Source of the DNA: an uncultured cyanobacterium
GTDB taxonomy: Bacteria > Cyanobacteriota > Cyanobacteriia > Cyanobacteriales > Nostocaceae
Assembly: GCA_963706595.1 (NCBI GenBank)
Contig: OY970166.1
Coordinates: 4,128,001-4,192,000, forward strand
DNA length: 64,000 nucleotides
Direction of reading: 5' to 3'
Below are positions 38,480-49,129 of the stretch, piece after piece. The position numbers and the translations under genes were made by a program. How positions within the stretch are numbered: position 1 is the first letter of the stretch; each line of letters begins with the position of its first letter. The notes under the pieces are model-generated. The model worked only from the letters and a program-made list of their open reading frames with translations, was not told where the DNA came from and did no database searches.

Positions 38480-40114
38480 ATGCTAGAAAGTTTGATCTTA
38501 ATCTTGCTGATCGGCTTTTTTGTGGGACAAATTGCCCGACGGCTGAAAGCCCCTGCACTAGTAGGCATGGTTTTGGTGGGAATTATACTGGGACCTCAAG
38601 TTGCTGACCTAATCAGCCCTGATGTACTGGCAGCGTCTGCTCCTTTGCGAACGATCGCTGTCATGGTAATTTTGATGAAGGCAGGCTTAGGTTTAGACCG
38701 GGAAAAACTGGTACAACAAGGAACAGTAGCACTGCGATTAGGGTTTCTGCCTGCGGCGTGTGAAGCCCTATGTATTGCCTTCGCTGCCATCTGGATTTTT
38801 AAATTCGACTTTGCCACCGGGCTATTGCTAGGTTGTATCATTGGCGCAGAGTCACCGGCGGTGATTGTACCGGGAATGCTGCGACTAAAAAGTTTGGGTT
38901 GGGGAGTTCAAAAGGGGATACCTGATGCCATCCTCACTGGTAGTGCGTTGTCAGATGTATTACTACTGCTATTATTTAGTTTGTTATTGAACTTTTTAGC
39001 ACAAGGACCAACTGCCACAATCACCTTGCCTTTAGGTTTCACCCTGAGTGCAGTTCAAATTCTGCCTCTTCAAATTATTTGCCAAATTGTTTTGGGAATC
39101 GGACTGGGTTTAGTGACCGCAAGGCTTTTGGTGTTGTTGCTGACGCAGCAGAACTGGACTCAAAATGCAGTTCAAGATAGCCTAGTTGCAGCCAGTTTAG
39201 CGTTGTTGCTAGTAGTAATGGCAGAAAAATTACCCTTCTTCTCTGGCTATTTGGCAGTAATGGCAACAGGATTTTTCTTGATTGAGTTGGATGCTCCTTT
39301 AGCACGACGGTTGCGTTCTGGCTTCGATAGCCTGTGGACTATAGCAGAAATCGTTTTATTTGTGTTGTTAGGGGCAAGTATTCAATTACAAGTGTTAGAA
39401 AAAACGCTGCTCCCAGGATTGGTAATTCTGGCAATGGGGACGTTGATCGGACGCGCTCTGGGATGGTATTTATCTACATTAGGGAGTAACTGGAATTGGC
39501 GGGAGCGAATGTTTTTGCTGCCAGGGAATTCGGCTAAAGCAACCGTTCAAGCCGCAATCGGGGCGATTCCCTTAGCAGAGGGAATTCCGGGTGGTGAGAC
39601 AATTCTGGCGATCGCAGCTTTATCTATCCTCGTCACAGCCCCCTTGGGAGCTTGGGCTATTCCCACTTTTGCACCAAAATTGCTAGAGCGGGGCGAGGTT
39701 GATCCCACAAAGGTGGCGATCGCTCGGCGGATTCTCATCCTAGCTGCTGTTGATACCTCCCCTCTAGCTCGTCAGGTATTAACTAAAGCGGCTGAACTTG
39801 CCCGTCGTAGTGATGCCGAAGTGATTGTATTACATATCATTTGCAGCAACGATCCTCAAGAAGTAGAGGATCTGCGACAAAAAACTCAACGACTTTTAGC
39901 AGACATCCGCCATCAGTTCATTGCTATTACAGGCTCAATTCCAGAGGAAATTATCCGTGTGGCTCAGGACTATCAAGTTGCTGATCTTGTCATGGGTAAG
40001 CGAGGACATCAATCTTGGCATCAAGTTCTTGTGGGTTCTGTCTCCCAGGCAGTATTGGCATCCAGCCCGATTCCTGTGATTTTAGTTGAGGATGATCGTA
40101 TTAGGACTGACTAA
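38480..40114 (+). CDS. Cation:proton antiporter with C-terminal USP domain
   Basis: KAGLGLD, SPAVIVP, KATVQAAIG; C-terminal AAVD...VMGKRG...LVGSVS. Confidence 0.9.
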   Translation: MLESLILILLIGFFVGQIARRLKAPALVGMVLVGIILGPQVADLISPDVLAASAPLRTIAVMVILMKAGLGLDREKLVQQGTVALRLGFLPAACEALCIAFAAIWIFKFDFATGLLLGCIIGAESPAVIVPGMLRLKSLGWGVQKGIPDAILTGSALSDVLLLLLFSLLLNFLAQGPTATITLPLGFTLSAVQILPLQIICQIVLGIGLGLVTARLLVLLLTQQNWTQNAVQDSLVAASLALLLVVMAEKLPFFSGYLAVMATGFFLIELDAPLARRLRSGFDSLWTIAEIVLFVLLGASIQLQVLEKTLLPGLVILAMGTLIGRALGWYLSTLGSNWNWRERMFLLPGNSAKATVQAAIGAIPLAEGIPGGETILAIAALSILVTAPLGAWAIPTFAPKLLERGEVDPTKVAIARRILILAAVDTSPLARQVLTKAAELARRSDAEVIVLHIICSNDPQEVEDLRQKTQRLLADIRHQFIAITGSIPEEIIRVAQDYQVADLVMGKRGHQSWHQVLVGSVSQAVLASSPIPVILVEDDRIRTD

Positions 40115-40156
40115 ATGTGCCAGAAATTGCTATGCTAAAAATCGAGACTCGTTATT

Positions 40157-42208
40157 GTGCCAACCATGCCCGCGCCTACTATCAACCCCACAATCACAGC
40201 CTTCCCTTTGACAGCTGTAGTCGGTCAAGAAGCAATTAAAATAGCCTTGCTGTTAGCAGCAGTCGATCCCGGTTTGGGAGGAGTAGCGATCGCAGGTCGT
40301 CGCGGTACGGCAAAATCAGTCATGGCTCGTGCTATCCACGCCTTACTCCCACCCATTGAAGTTGTTAAAGACTCCATTAGTAACTGCGATCTCAATCACC
40401 CAGAAGACTGGGATGATTATCTGTTCGCCGAGTATGGAGACAAAGATATTCAAGATGTCCCCACCCAAATTATTCCCGCACCCTTTATTCAGATTCCTTT
40501 AGGAGTCACAGAAGACAGACTCCTGGGTTCTGTGGATGTAGAAAAGTCTGTGCAGCAAGGTGATACTATTTTTCAACCTGGGTTACTCGCCTCAGCTAAC
40601 CGGGGTGTGCTGTATGTAGATGAACTGAATTTATTAGATGACCAAATTTCCAATCAGCTATTAACAGTATTATCTGAAGGACGCAACCAGATTGAGCGCG
40701 AAGGCATTAGTTTTCAGCATCCTTGCAAATCCTTATTTATAGCCACCTATAACCCAGAGGAAGGTGCATTACGGGAGCATTTACTCGATAGAATTGCCAT
40801 TTCTCTTTCTGCTGATGGTGTCCTGGGCTTAGATCAAAGAGTATCAGCTGTAGAGCAGGCGATCGCCTATTCTAAATCTCCCCAAGCATTCCTCCAGCAA
40901 TACGAAGAAGACTTAGACTCCCTGAAAACCCAAATTCTTCTAGCACGGGAATGGTTGAAAGAAGTCACCATCACCCAAGAACAAATTACCTATTTAGTAG
41001 CTGAAGCCATTCGGGGTGGAGTCCAAGGACATCGCGCCGAATTATTTGCCGTGCGTGTAGCGAAAGCGGCGGCGGCTTTAGAAGGACGGACAACAGTCAA
41101 CGCGGAAGATTTACGCCGGGCGGTGGAATTAGTGATTGTCCCACGTTCCACAATCGTCCAGACCCCACCACCAGACCAACCACCACCACCCCCACCACCA
41201 CCACCTCAAAATCAAGACGAAGAAGACCAGCAAGAACAAGAAGACGACGAAGAAGAAGACAAAGAAGAACAGGAACAAGACGAACAAGACGAACAACAAC
41301 CCCCCGACATTCCAGAAGAATTTGTCTTTGACCCTGAAGGGGTAATTCTCGATGAGAGCGTGCTTTATTTTGCCCAAATGGCGAAACGACAAGGCAAATC
41401 GGGGAATCGCAGCATTATCTTCTCTGATGACCGGGGACGCTACATTAAGCCGATGTTACCCAAAGGGAAAGTCAGACGCATTGCGGTAGATGCAACTCTG
41501 AGGGCGGCTGCACCCTATCAAAAAGCCAGAAGGCAAAGACAGCCCAATAAAAAGGTGATTGTGGAACAAGGCGATATCCGTTCCAAACGTTTGGTACGCA
41601 AAGCTGGAGCCTTAGTAGTATTTGTCGTGGATGCTTCTGGTTCCATGGCTCTAAATCGGATGCAATCAGCCAAAGGTGCTGTCATGCAACTTTTGACAGA
41701 AGCTTATCAAAACCGTGACCAAGTAGCCTTGATTCCCTTCCGAGGAGAACAAGCCGAAGTATTATTACCTCCAACACGTTCCATAGCCTTAGCCCGTAAC
41801 CGCTTAGAAAGGCTACCTTGTGGCGGTGGTTCGCCTCTAGCACATGGTTTAACTCAAGCAGTCCGTGTGGGTGTAAATGCCCAAATGAGTGGTGATATTG
41901 GGCAAGTTGTAATTGTGGCTATCACTGATGGACGGGGTAATATTCCCTTGGCGCGTTCCTTGGGTGAACCGTTAGAACCAGGAGAAAAACCAGATATTAA
42001 AGCCGAATTGTTAGAAATTGCCGCGAGAATTCGAGCCTTGGGGATGCAATTATTGGTAATTGATACCGAGAGTAAATTTGTGTCTACTGGTTTTGCTAAA
42101 GAGTTATCGCAAACAGCCGCAGGTAAGTATTATCATTTGCCCAAAGCCAGCGATAAAACCATTGCTGCCATGACTAAAGGTGCGATCGCTGATTTAAAAT
42201 CAAGATAA
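40157..42208 (+). CDS. chlD: Magnesium chelatase subunit D
   Basis: AAA domain GRRGTAKS, polyproline/acidic linker, vWA DASGSM. Confidence 0.96.
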   Translation: MPTMPAPTINPTITAFPLTAVVGQEAIKIALLLAAVDPGLGGVAIAGRRGTAKSVMARAIHALLPPIEVVKDSISNCDLNHPEDWDDYLFAEYGDKDIQDVPTQIIPAPFIQIPLGVTEDRLLGSVDVEKSVQQGDTIFQPGLLASANRGVLYVDELNLLDDQISNQLLTVLSEGRNQIEREGISFQHPCKSLFIATYNPEEGALREHLLDRIAISLSADGVLGLDQRVSAVEQAIAYSKSPQAFLQQYEEDLDSLKTQILLAREWLKEVTITQEQITYLVAEAIRGGVQGHRAELFAVRVAKAAAALEGRTTVNAEDLRRAVELVIVPRSTIVQTPPPDQPPPPPPPPPQNQDEEDQQEQEDDEEEDKEEQEQDEQDEQQPPDIPEEFVFDPEGVILDESVLYFAQMAKRQGKSGNRSIIFSDDRGRYIKPMLPKGKVRRIAVDATLRAAAPYQKARRQRQPNKKVIVEQGDIRSKRLVRKAGALVVFVVDASGSMALNRMQSAKGAVMQLLTEAYQNRDQVALIPFRGEQAEVLLPPTRSIALARNRLERLPCGGGSPLAHGLTQAVRVGVNAQMSGDIGQVVIVAITDGRGNIPLARSLGEPLEPGEKPDIKAELLEIAARIRALGMQLLVIDTESKFVSTGFAKELSQTAAGKYYHLPKASDKTIAAMTKGAIADLKSR

Positions 42209-42270
42209 TTAGTCATTAGTCATTAGTCATTGTTAGGATTTTCGAGTTTTGATTCGCTTGTAGAGACGCG

Positions 42271-42483
42271 ATTTATCGCGTCTTTTAGACATTTATCGCG
42301 TCTTTTAGACATTTACCGCGTCTTTTAGACATTTACCGCGTCTTTTAGACATTTATCGCGTCTTTTAGACATTTATCGCGTCTTTTAGACATTTACCGCG
42401 TCTTTTAGACATTTATCGCGTCTTTTAGACATTTATCGCGTCTTTTAGACATTTATCGCCTCTTTGAGAGATTTATTGCGTCT
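42271..42483. repeat. Tandem array of 20-bp unit ATTTA(T/C)CGCGTCTTTTAGAC (9 near-perfect plus 2 degenerate copies)
   Basis: Directly visible head-to-tail units with no spacers. Confidence 0.95.
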
Positions 42484-42498
42484 GAGTCTCAGCAATTT

Positions 42499-43284
42499 TC
42501 AAAACCCTGTTGGCACTGTTTGTGGTTGTAAATAGCAAATTAGATCCTGAATGCCTTTTTGCAAATATCGTGTGACTGTCATCGGACTGGTGCCAATATT
42601 CTTCGCCGCATCCTTGCGAGAAAGTTCCTTCAGAAACACCATTTCCACTGCCATTCGGGGCTTGTCTTCTAACATATTAATTGCTCCTTGCAGTTGTTGC
42701 CGTTCTTCATTTTGTTGCTGAAGCGCAGTAGAACGAGGACAAGGAAGCGCCTCACCCAGTGTGATTTGGCAATCCAGATAATGGGCGGCGGTAGCGTCTA
42801 AACTTAAAGGCATCCGATTTTGAGATGCTAACTTAGTTTCTTGCCATTCTTGGACAGAGACTTGTAGTTTCTCCGCAATTTCTGTATCTCTGGGAGAGCG
42901 ACCCAAAGAAATTGATAATTCTTTACGAACTTTTTGCCCCTCGTTATATAGTTCTTGCCAACGACGGGGGATTTTTAATAGACTACTGCGATCGCGTAAA
43001 AAGTGCAGCATCTCGCCTCGAATGTATGGCACAGCAAAGGAACTAAACGCATATCCTTGGCTAGGATCGAAGCGTTCAATAGCCCTAATTAAGCCAAAAT
43101 AACCTATTTGTTCTAAATCCTCATAAGGTTCATGACATTGATGGCTGAATTTATGAGCAATCTTTCTGACTAAACCAGTATGTAACTGTACGAGTTGATT
43201 ACGAAGTTTAATAGAGGGATTTTGGTGGTATGAGTGCAATAACTCCATACCATCAATTCGCATAGAGGTTTCACAGGTTGCCAT
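42499..43284 (-). CDS. sigJ: Group 3 sigma factor of SigB/F/G family, most like cyanobacterial SigJ
   Basis: EDLEQIG..GLIRAIERFDP, FAVPYIRGEMLHFLRD; SigJ versus SigF assignment from recall only. Confidence 0.75.
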   Translation of the reverse strand: MATCETSMRIDGMELLHSYHQNPSIKLRNQLVQLHTGLVRKIAHKFSHQCHEPYEDLEQIGYFGLIRAIERFDPSQGYAFSSFAVPYIRGEMLHFLRDRSSLLKIPRRWQELYNEGQKVRKELSISLGRSPRDTEIAEKLQVSVQEWQETKLASQNRMPLSLDATAAHYLDCQITLGEALPCPRSTALQQQNEERQQLQGAINMLEDKPRMAVEMVFLKELSRKDAAKNIGTSPMTVTRYLQKGIQDLICYLQPQTVPTGF

Positions 43285-43728
43285 ATAAAAATTCCTTTTT
43301 TATAACTCCTTTTTCTTAAAAAAATGGAGTTGCGTATATTGCCTTCAAATCTCTCATTATTTTCCTTAGTCAAGGCTGAATAAACCATCGTTGTTTTACT
43401 GAAATTAGGGAAAATCCTACTATACTAATCAGTAATTTTACGCAAGTTTCGCGGTTTTTTGCTGTTGCTAGTTATTTTATTTTTCCAATGAATAATTGTT
43501 CCCCCAAAAATGTTGCGTTTTTACAACAAAAGCTAGCTATTTATGATTAAAAATGCCTACCTTACCCCATAGCCGTATTTCTACTTGAGGGCAACAAAGT
43601 CTGATACTAAGTTGAGGTCAAAAATAGCATCTAGAAATTGTATTGTTGATCAGTGTGAACCTTGGCTGTTCACCGCAAAAGTTGGTAAAAATGGAATATA
43701 TAGGATATTCATCTCAAAAAATTGACAA

Positions 43729-44457
43729 ATGAGCAATACCAGCAACTTTCGTGACGCTATTCGTGAGGCTAAAACTCAAGCCCTCATTGGCCCAAATGTC
43801 ATTGCCAATGCCCTACCCTTTGTCGGTGGCGGTCTTGTGCTAACAGCCTTGGGAACCTATGGCGGTCTAGGCGTTATTCGTACCAACCCCGCTATTTTCT
43901 TTCCCACCTTCATTGGTGCAGTGATTGTGGAGTTAATTCTATTCTTTGTTGCCAGAAATATTGCGGAAAAAGGTAACAAGAGTTTAGCACTACCTCTACT
44001 AGCAACCTACAGTCTCTTATCTGGATACACCCTCAGTGGCTTAGTATTCCTTGCCTTGCAAACCCAAGGCGTTGGCATTCAAGGTATTGGTTTAGCTGCC
44101 CTTGGTTGTGGCGTTACCTTCATTGTCGCTCGTCAAATTGGTTCCAATCTTTCCGAAAAAGATGGGATGGCTTTGACAAAAACCATCAGCCTGGGTGTAA
44201 TTGCCTTGGTCGTTGTCTGTCTTGTCCAATTTGCATTCGCCATGTTTGGTGTTTACACACCTAGTTGGTTAGAAATCGGGATCTCAGGTTTAGGGGTTTT
44301 CCTGTTTGTGGGGGTCTCTGTGGTTGATTTCTACATTTTGCCTCGGACTTATCGGGACGACCAATATCTACCTGCGGCTTTGTCGATGTACCTTACCTAC
44401 GTGAATCTGTTTGTGTTTATCTTGCGGTTGTTAATTGCCCTGAATGGTCGTGATTAA
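43729..44457 (+). CDS. Bax inhibitor-1/YccA family membrane protein
   Basis: Seven hydrophobic segments, C-terminal ALSMYLTYVNLF. Confidence 0.88.
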   Translation: MSNTSNFRDAIREAKTQALIGPNVIANALPFVGGGLVLTALGTYGGLGVIRTNPAIFFPTFIGAVIVELILFFVARNIAEKGNKSLALPLLATYSLLSGYTLSGLVFLALQTQGVGIQGIGLAALGCGVTFIVARQIGSNLSEKDGMALTKTISLGVIALVVVCLVQFAFAMFGVYTPSWLEIGISGLGVFLFVGVSVVDFYILPRTYRDDQYLPAALSMYLTYVNLFVFILRLLIALNGRD

Positions 44458-44479
44458 GGGTCCTCAAAACAATCCAAAT

Positions 44480-44591
44480 TATAGCAACCGCCAAGGAGGT
44501 TAAGACATAAACGGATAATCAAACTTAGACACCATTCGGGTTTTAACCCACTCCCTACTCCCTACTCCCTACTCCCTACTCCCCAACTATA
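44480..44591. mobile_element. MITE-like element with CTCCCTA repeats
   Basis: TATAG...CTATA ends; inverse copies at 19876..19950 and 1219..1242. Confidence 0.65.
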
Positions 44592-44606
44592 ATCATTAAT
44601 TGTCCG

Positions 44607-44638
44607 CCGTGGTGACTGTAAATGAACCACGGTTTTTT
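44607..44638 (+). terminator. Intrinsic terminator
   Basis: CCGTGGT...ACCACGG followed by T6. Confidence 0.6.
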
Positions 44639-44702
44639 GTGGTCAGATAAAGAATGGCAATTTTATACTACAATAGTTAGTTGACCTTCTTTAGCAAGCA
44701 CT

Positions 44703-45825
44703 ATGGAAGTATTAGAACTCAAACGCGAAATCGAAATATTGTCCGGTCGTCTGGGTAAAGCCCAGGACTATCTTTGACATACCTGCACTGACTGCCAAAA
44801 TTCAAGATTTAGAACAAATAGCCGCACAACCAGAATTGTGGGACGACCAAACTCAAGCACAACAAACGCTGCAAGAACTTAACGACCTGAAAGCCCACCT
44901 CCAGCAATATCAGCAGTGGCGTTCTAGTCTGGAAGATACCACAGCAGTTGTTGAACTATTGGAGTTAGAAACTGACGAAGCACTATTGCAAGAGGCAGAA
45001 TCTACAGTCATCAAGCTCAATCGTGAACTTGACCAGTGGGAGTTACAACAGTTACTTTCTGGCCCCTATGATGTAGAAGGGGCAGTATTGACAATTAATG
45101 CGGGCGCTGGTGGCACAGATGCCCAAGACTGGGCGTTTATGCTCATGCGGATGTATACCCGTTGGGCAGAATCCCACGGTTACAAAGTCAGTTTAGCTGA
45201 AGAATCAGAAGGTGATGAGGCTGGGATTAAATCAGCAACCCTGGAAATTACTGGTCGCTACGCCTATGGTTATTTGCGCTCGGAAACAGGCACACACCGC
45301 CTAGTACGCATTTCACCTTTTAATGCTAACGGTAAGCGGCAAACCAGTTTTGCTGGAGTGGAAATCATGCCGCAATTAGACCACTCCGTACAACTAGACA
45401 TTCCCGAAAAGGATTTGGAAATTACTACATCCAGGGCTGGCGGTAAAGGTGGGCAGAATGTCAACAAAGTAGAAACAGCAGTCCGAATTGTTCACTTACC
45501 CACTGGACTGGCAGTGCGTTGTACAGAAGAACGTTCTCAACTGCAAAATAAAGACAAAGCCCTCGCCCGCCTGAAAGCTAAACTGCTGGTCATTGCCAGA
45601 GAGCAACGGGCTAAAGAAGTCGCCGAAATTAGAGGTGATATGGTGGAAGCTTCTTGGGGCAACCAAATTCGTAATTATGTGTTTCACCCTTACCAAATGG
45701 TCAAGGATTTGCGAACAAACGTGGAAACAACTGCCATATCTGATGTCATGGATGGCGACCTCGATTCGTTTATTCAAGCCTATCTGCGGCAAGAAAACCA
45801 GCTGGTAGAAAACACTTTGGCCTAA
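44703..45825 (+). CDS. prfB: Peptide chain release factor 2, programmed +1 frameshift at CTT-TGA-C (44772..44778)
   Basis: 24-codon first segment from ATG 44703; +1 frame continues into the SPF and GGQ-containing ORF. Confidence 0.96.
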
Positions 45826-45828
45826 CCC

Positions 45829-46072
45829 CTACCGTGTACACACAAGTGATTGAATCACCCCAAATCCTTTAAAAGTAGTGGCGTGGCAAGCCTAAAATGT
45901 TGCAAAAATTGTAGGTTGGGTTGAGGTTTTGGGAAACCCAACATCATTGGTCCGGTTGGGTTGCGCTGCGCTTAACCCAACCTACGTCTAGGGCATCATT
46001 TTAAGTGTGTCATTCCACTACGAAAAGAAAATGAGTGCAGGTTATATTTTCCGACTTGTGTGTACACCGTAG
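45829..46072. mobile_element. Nested MITE: 19-bp TIR element containing a second element (45876..46020) with a REP doublet
   Basis: CTACCGTGTACACACAAGT/ACTTGTGTGTACACCGTAG; flanks GGCCTAACCC and GTCCTAACCC. Confidence 0.8.
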
Positions 46073-46174
46073 GTCCTAACCCAGGGCGCAGGGTGAAAGA
46101 ATAGGCACAATGACGATAGAAGCATAGGTAAGCTGTTACATTTATAGATAAAAGAGATTGGGGAGTAAATTATT

Positions 46175-46327
46175 ATGAGCAATTCACCAACAGAATCCAA
46201 ACCTAGCTACGTAAAATTGGCCATGCGAAACATGGTGCGTAAGGGAGGCACTTCTATGAAACATTTTGCCCTCACTACTATAGGGCTTTTAGCTGTTTTC
46301 GTGGGTCTGGCTTACCTAACTCACTAA
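46175..46327 (+). CDS. DUF3285-family small membrane protein (50 aa; not in ORF track)
   Basis: PSYVKLAMRNMVRKG..S..HF motif; GGAG RBS; upstream of ybeY. Confidence 0.85.
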   Translation: MSNSPTESKPSYVKLAMRNMVRKGGTSMKHFALTTIGLLAVFVGLAYLTH

Positions 46328-46369
46328 CAACAAACCAAAATTGCAAGCTGTGAGGAGAGTTTAAAGCTG

Positions 46370-46897
46370 GTGCAAGTTGAACTAGATGTGCAGGATTTGT
46401 TTTATGAATCGTCCCCAATAGAAGCTAGAGATTTTGGGGATAACAATAGTCGAATTGCTACCCAAACTTGGTCAGACTGGTTTAATCGCTGGCTGGAATC
46501 TCTACATCCTCATCTGCCGCCAGCGCCAAGTTATGAAATAGGGCTGCGTTTGACAGATGACGCGGAAATTCAGGCATTAAATTCTCAATATCGTCATCAA
46601 GATCAACCCACAGATGTTTTGTCATTTGCGGCCTTAGAAGTAGATTTTCCTCAAAGTCCGGAAATGCTGGATGCGCCTTTGTATCTAGGTGATATTGTGA
46701 TTTCAGTAAATACAGCTCAACGTCAAGCTCAACAGCAGGGGCATAGTTTATCAACAGAGTTAGCTTGGTTAAGCGCTCACGGGCTATTGCATCTGTTGGG
46801 TTGGGATCATCCAGATGAAGAGCAGTTGATGCAAATGCTCAAACAGCAAGTAATCTTACTGAAAATAATCAGTATTGATCTTGACATAGAATATTAA
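46370..46897 (+). CDS. ybeY: rRNA maturation RNase YbeY
   Basis: PTDVLSF, LGDIVIS, HGLLHLLGWDH. Confidence 0.95.
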   Translation: MQVELDVQDLFYESSPIEARDFGDNNSRIATQTWSDWFNRWLESLHPHLPPAPSYEIGLRLTDDAEIQALNSQYRHQDQPTDVLSFAALEVDFPQSPEMLDAPLYLGDIVISVNTAQRQAQQQGHSLSTELAWLSAHGLLHLLGWDHPDEEQLMQMLKQQVILLKIISIDLDIEY

Positions 46898-47027
46898 GGA
46901 TTATTTATGTCTGTAAGTGTTTATAATACTTCTGTAGAAAAATCCTTCCAACTTGATTGCATCATAAAAAAAGCAAAAAATCAGTGATATTCTGCTGTAA
47001 TTACTTTGTTGTTCTATTTTTAAGCTT

Positions 47028-47483
47028 ATGTCCCAACAAGTTTCCCCTCCATCAACACCAAACTGTCTACCAACACTAGTCACTAAGGAACGGGAACTAT
47101 CCTGGCAAGTTGCTTCTAATTTATTCATCAGCTTTAAATATGCCTGGGCTGGAATCAGTTATAGTTTTCATACTCAACGCAACTTTCGCATCCACCTAAG
47201 TGTTTGTGCTTTAGCGATCGCTTTAAGCATTTTCTTGCATTTGCAAGCAGTAGAAATTGCTATCATTGGTATAACTAGCGGCTTAGTCTTGGCATTAGAA
47301 TTACTGAATACAGCAGTTGAGTCCCTTGTAGACTTAACCGTGAAGCAGACATACCATGAGTTGGCAAAAATCGCTAAAGATTGCGCTGCTGGTGCTGTGC
47401 TGGTCTCCGCTTTGGTAGCTGTACTGGTTGCGTGTATACTCTTGCTGCCGCCTTTGGTGATTTTAATTATGTCAAATTTCTAG
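47028..47483 (+). CDS. dgkA: Diacylglycerol/undecaprenol kinase family protein
   Basis: ELLNTAVE..VD, AKDCAAGAV. Confidence 0.92.
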   Translation: MSQQVSPPSTPNCLPTLVTKERELSWQVASNLFISFKYAWAGISYSFHTQRNFRIHLSVCALAIALSIFLHLQAVEIAIIGITSGLVLALELLNTAVESLVDLTVKQTYHELAKIAKDCAAGAVLVSALVAVLVACILLLPPLVILIMSNF

Positions 47484-47644
47484 GTTTGGTTGTTATTCCC
47501 AGATGATCATGCTGATAATATTTGAAAAGTGGACATACTTTGTACATGTCGGCTTCAGGCAGGGCATCAGTTGGTATGTCTGGTTATTTTTGATAATTAA
47601 TGACTATAAATAATATGGGTGATAGAAACCAGGAGTTATAAGTT

Positions 47645-48244
47645 TTGATTATAGTCATCGATAATTATGATAGTTTTACATATAATTTGGTGCAGTATTT
47701 AGGAGAACTAGCAGCAGAGTTCCCTGTAGCATCAGATATTCAAGTTTTTCGCAACGATAAAATCACAGTAGACGAAATTCGCGCCTTAAATCCGGCGCTT
47801 GTAGTCATTTCTCCTGGGCCTGGTCGTCCAGAAAACGCTGGAATCTCGCAAGATTTAATTAAACAGCTAGGTCACAATTTACCAATTTTGGGTGTCTGTT
47901 TGGGGCATCAAAGTATTGGTCAAGTATTTGGTGGTAAAATCGTTTCGGCTACAGATTTGATGCATGGTAAGACTTCTCAGGTGTCTCACACTGGGGTAGG
48001 TGTTTTCCAGGGGTTAGAAAATCCGATGGTCGCAACCAGATATCATAGTTTAGTCATTGATCGTGACACCTGCCCAGAAGTCCTAGAAATCACCGCTTGG
48101 GTTGAAGATGGCACTATTATGGGAGTGCGACACCGGAACTATCCTCACATTCAGGGTGTCCAGTTTCATCCAGAGAGTGTTTTAACATCTTCAGGAAAGC
48201 AGTTATTACGAAACTTTCTGGAACAATTACAGTTAAGAGAGTGA
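47645..48244 (+). CDS. trpG: Anthranilate/aminodeoxychorismate synthase component II (glutamine amidotransferase)
   Basis: [26 protein letters not shown]. Confidence 0.92.
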   Translation: MIIVIDNYDSFTYNLVQYLGELAAEFPVASDIQVFRNDKITVDEIRALNPALVVISPGPGRPENAGISQDLIKQLGHNLPILGVCLGHQSIGQVFGGKIVSATDLMHGKTSQVSHTGVGVFQGLENPMVATRYHSLVIDRDTCPEVLEITAWVEDGTIMGVRHRNYPHIQGVQFHPESVLTSSGKQLLRNFLEQLQLRE

Positions 48245-48247
48245 TTA

Positions 48248-49012
48248 ATGAAACGACGACAGTTGATAGGCTATGCTGGGGCGGGTTTATCCACAGCACT
48301 AGTTACTACTTTGGGTTTGCATCTGAAAGCTGACGCGCAATCTAGCGGTTTATCAGTTCAGTGGTTGGGTCATACTTGCTTTCTATTTACTGGTGGCGGG
48401 GTGAGAATTCTGGTTAATCCATTTCAGACGGCTGGCTGTACAGCTGGTTATCGTCTGCCGCGAGTTGAGGCAGATTTAGTCATGATTAGCAGTCAATTAC
48501 TGGATGAAGGTGCTGTAGACGGACTACCAGGAAACCCCAAGTTAGTATTTGCACCGGGTGCTTACGAATATCAAGGTATTAAGTTACAAGGAATTGCCAT
48601 AGACCATGACCGCAGAGGTGGTAGGCAATTTGGGATAAATACTGCTTGGCGTTGGCAGCAAGGGGGAATTAATATCCTGCATCTAGGAGGCGCTGCTGCA
48701 CCTATTTCCACTGAACAAAGAATTATGATGGGTCGTCCCGATGTGGCGTTAATTCCAGTGGGAGGTAGTGATAAGGCGTATAATGCCCAAGAAGCCAAGC
48801 AGGCTATTGGGGTGTTAAATCCTAAATTGGTGATTCCCACTCACTACCGTACACAAGCTGCTGATGCTGTATGTGATATTTCTCCAGTGGATGAATTCCT
48901 CACTGTGATGCAGGGTATGACTGTGCGTCGTAGTAATAGTGATACTATTGCTATTAGCGCTAGTAATCTCCCAGAGAATAGTGAGATTCAGCTTTTAAGC
49001 TACAAATTTTAA
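48248..49012 (+). CDS. MBL-fold protein with Tat-like signal peptide
   Basis: MKRRQLI leader; WLGHTCF, ILHLG, VIPTHY. Confidence 0.85.
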   Translation: MKRRQLIGYAGAGLSTALVTTLGLHLKADAQSSGLSVQWLGHTCFLFTGGGVRILVNPFQTAGCTAGYRLPRVEADLVMISSQLLDEGAVDGLPGNPKLVFAPGAYEYQGIKLQGIAIDHDRRGGRQFGINTAWRWQQGGINILHLGGAAAPISTEQRIMMGRPDVALIPVGGSDKAYNAQEAKQAIGVLNPKLVIPTHYRTQAADAVCDISPVDEFLTVMQGMTVRRSNSDTIAISASNLPENSEIQLLSYKF

Positions 49013-49129
49013 TTAATAAATTTTAGTTAATCAAAGACCCCACCCCTAACCCCTCCGGTGCAAGCGAGGAGGGGAAAAGAGTATAGGGGTTCAAGATGTA
49101 ATTAAACTGAGTTTACACTCAGCACTGAT

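Noticed and set aside
42271..42483. CRISPR array
   Set aside because: Units are head-to-tail with no unique spacers, and there are no cas genes in the window.
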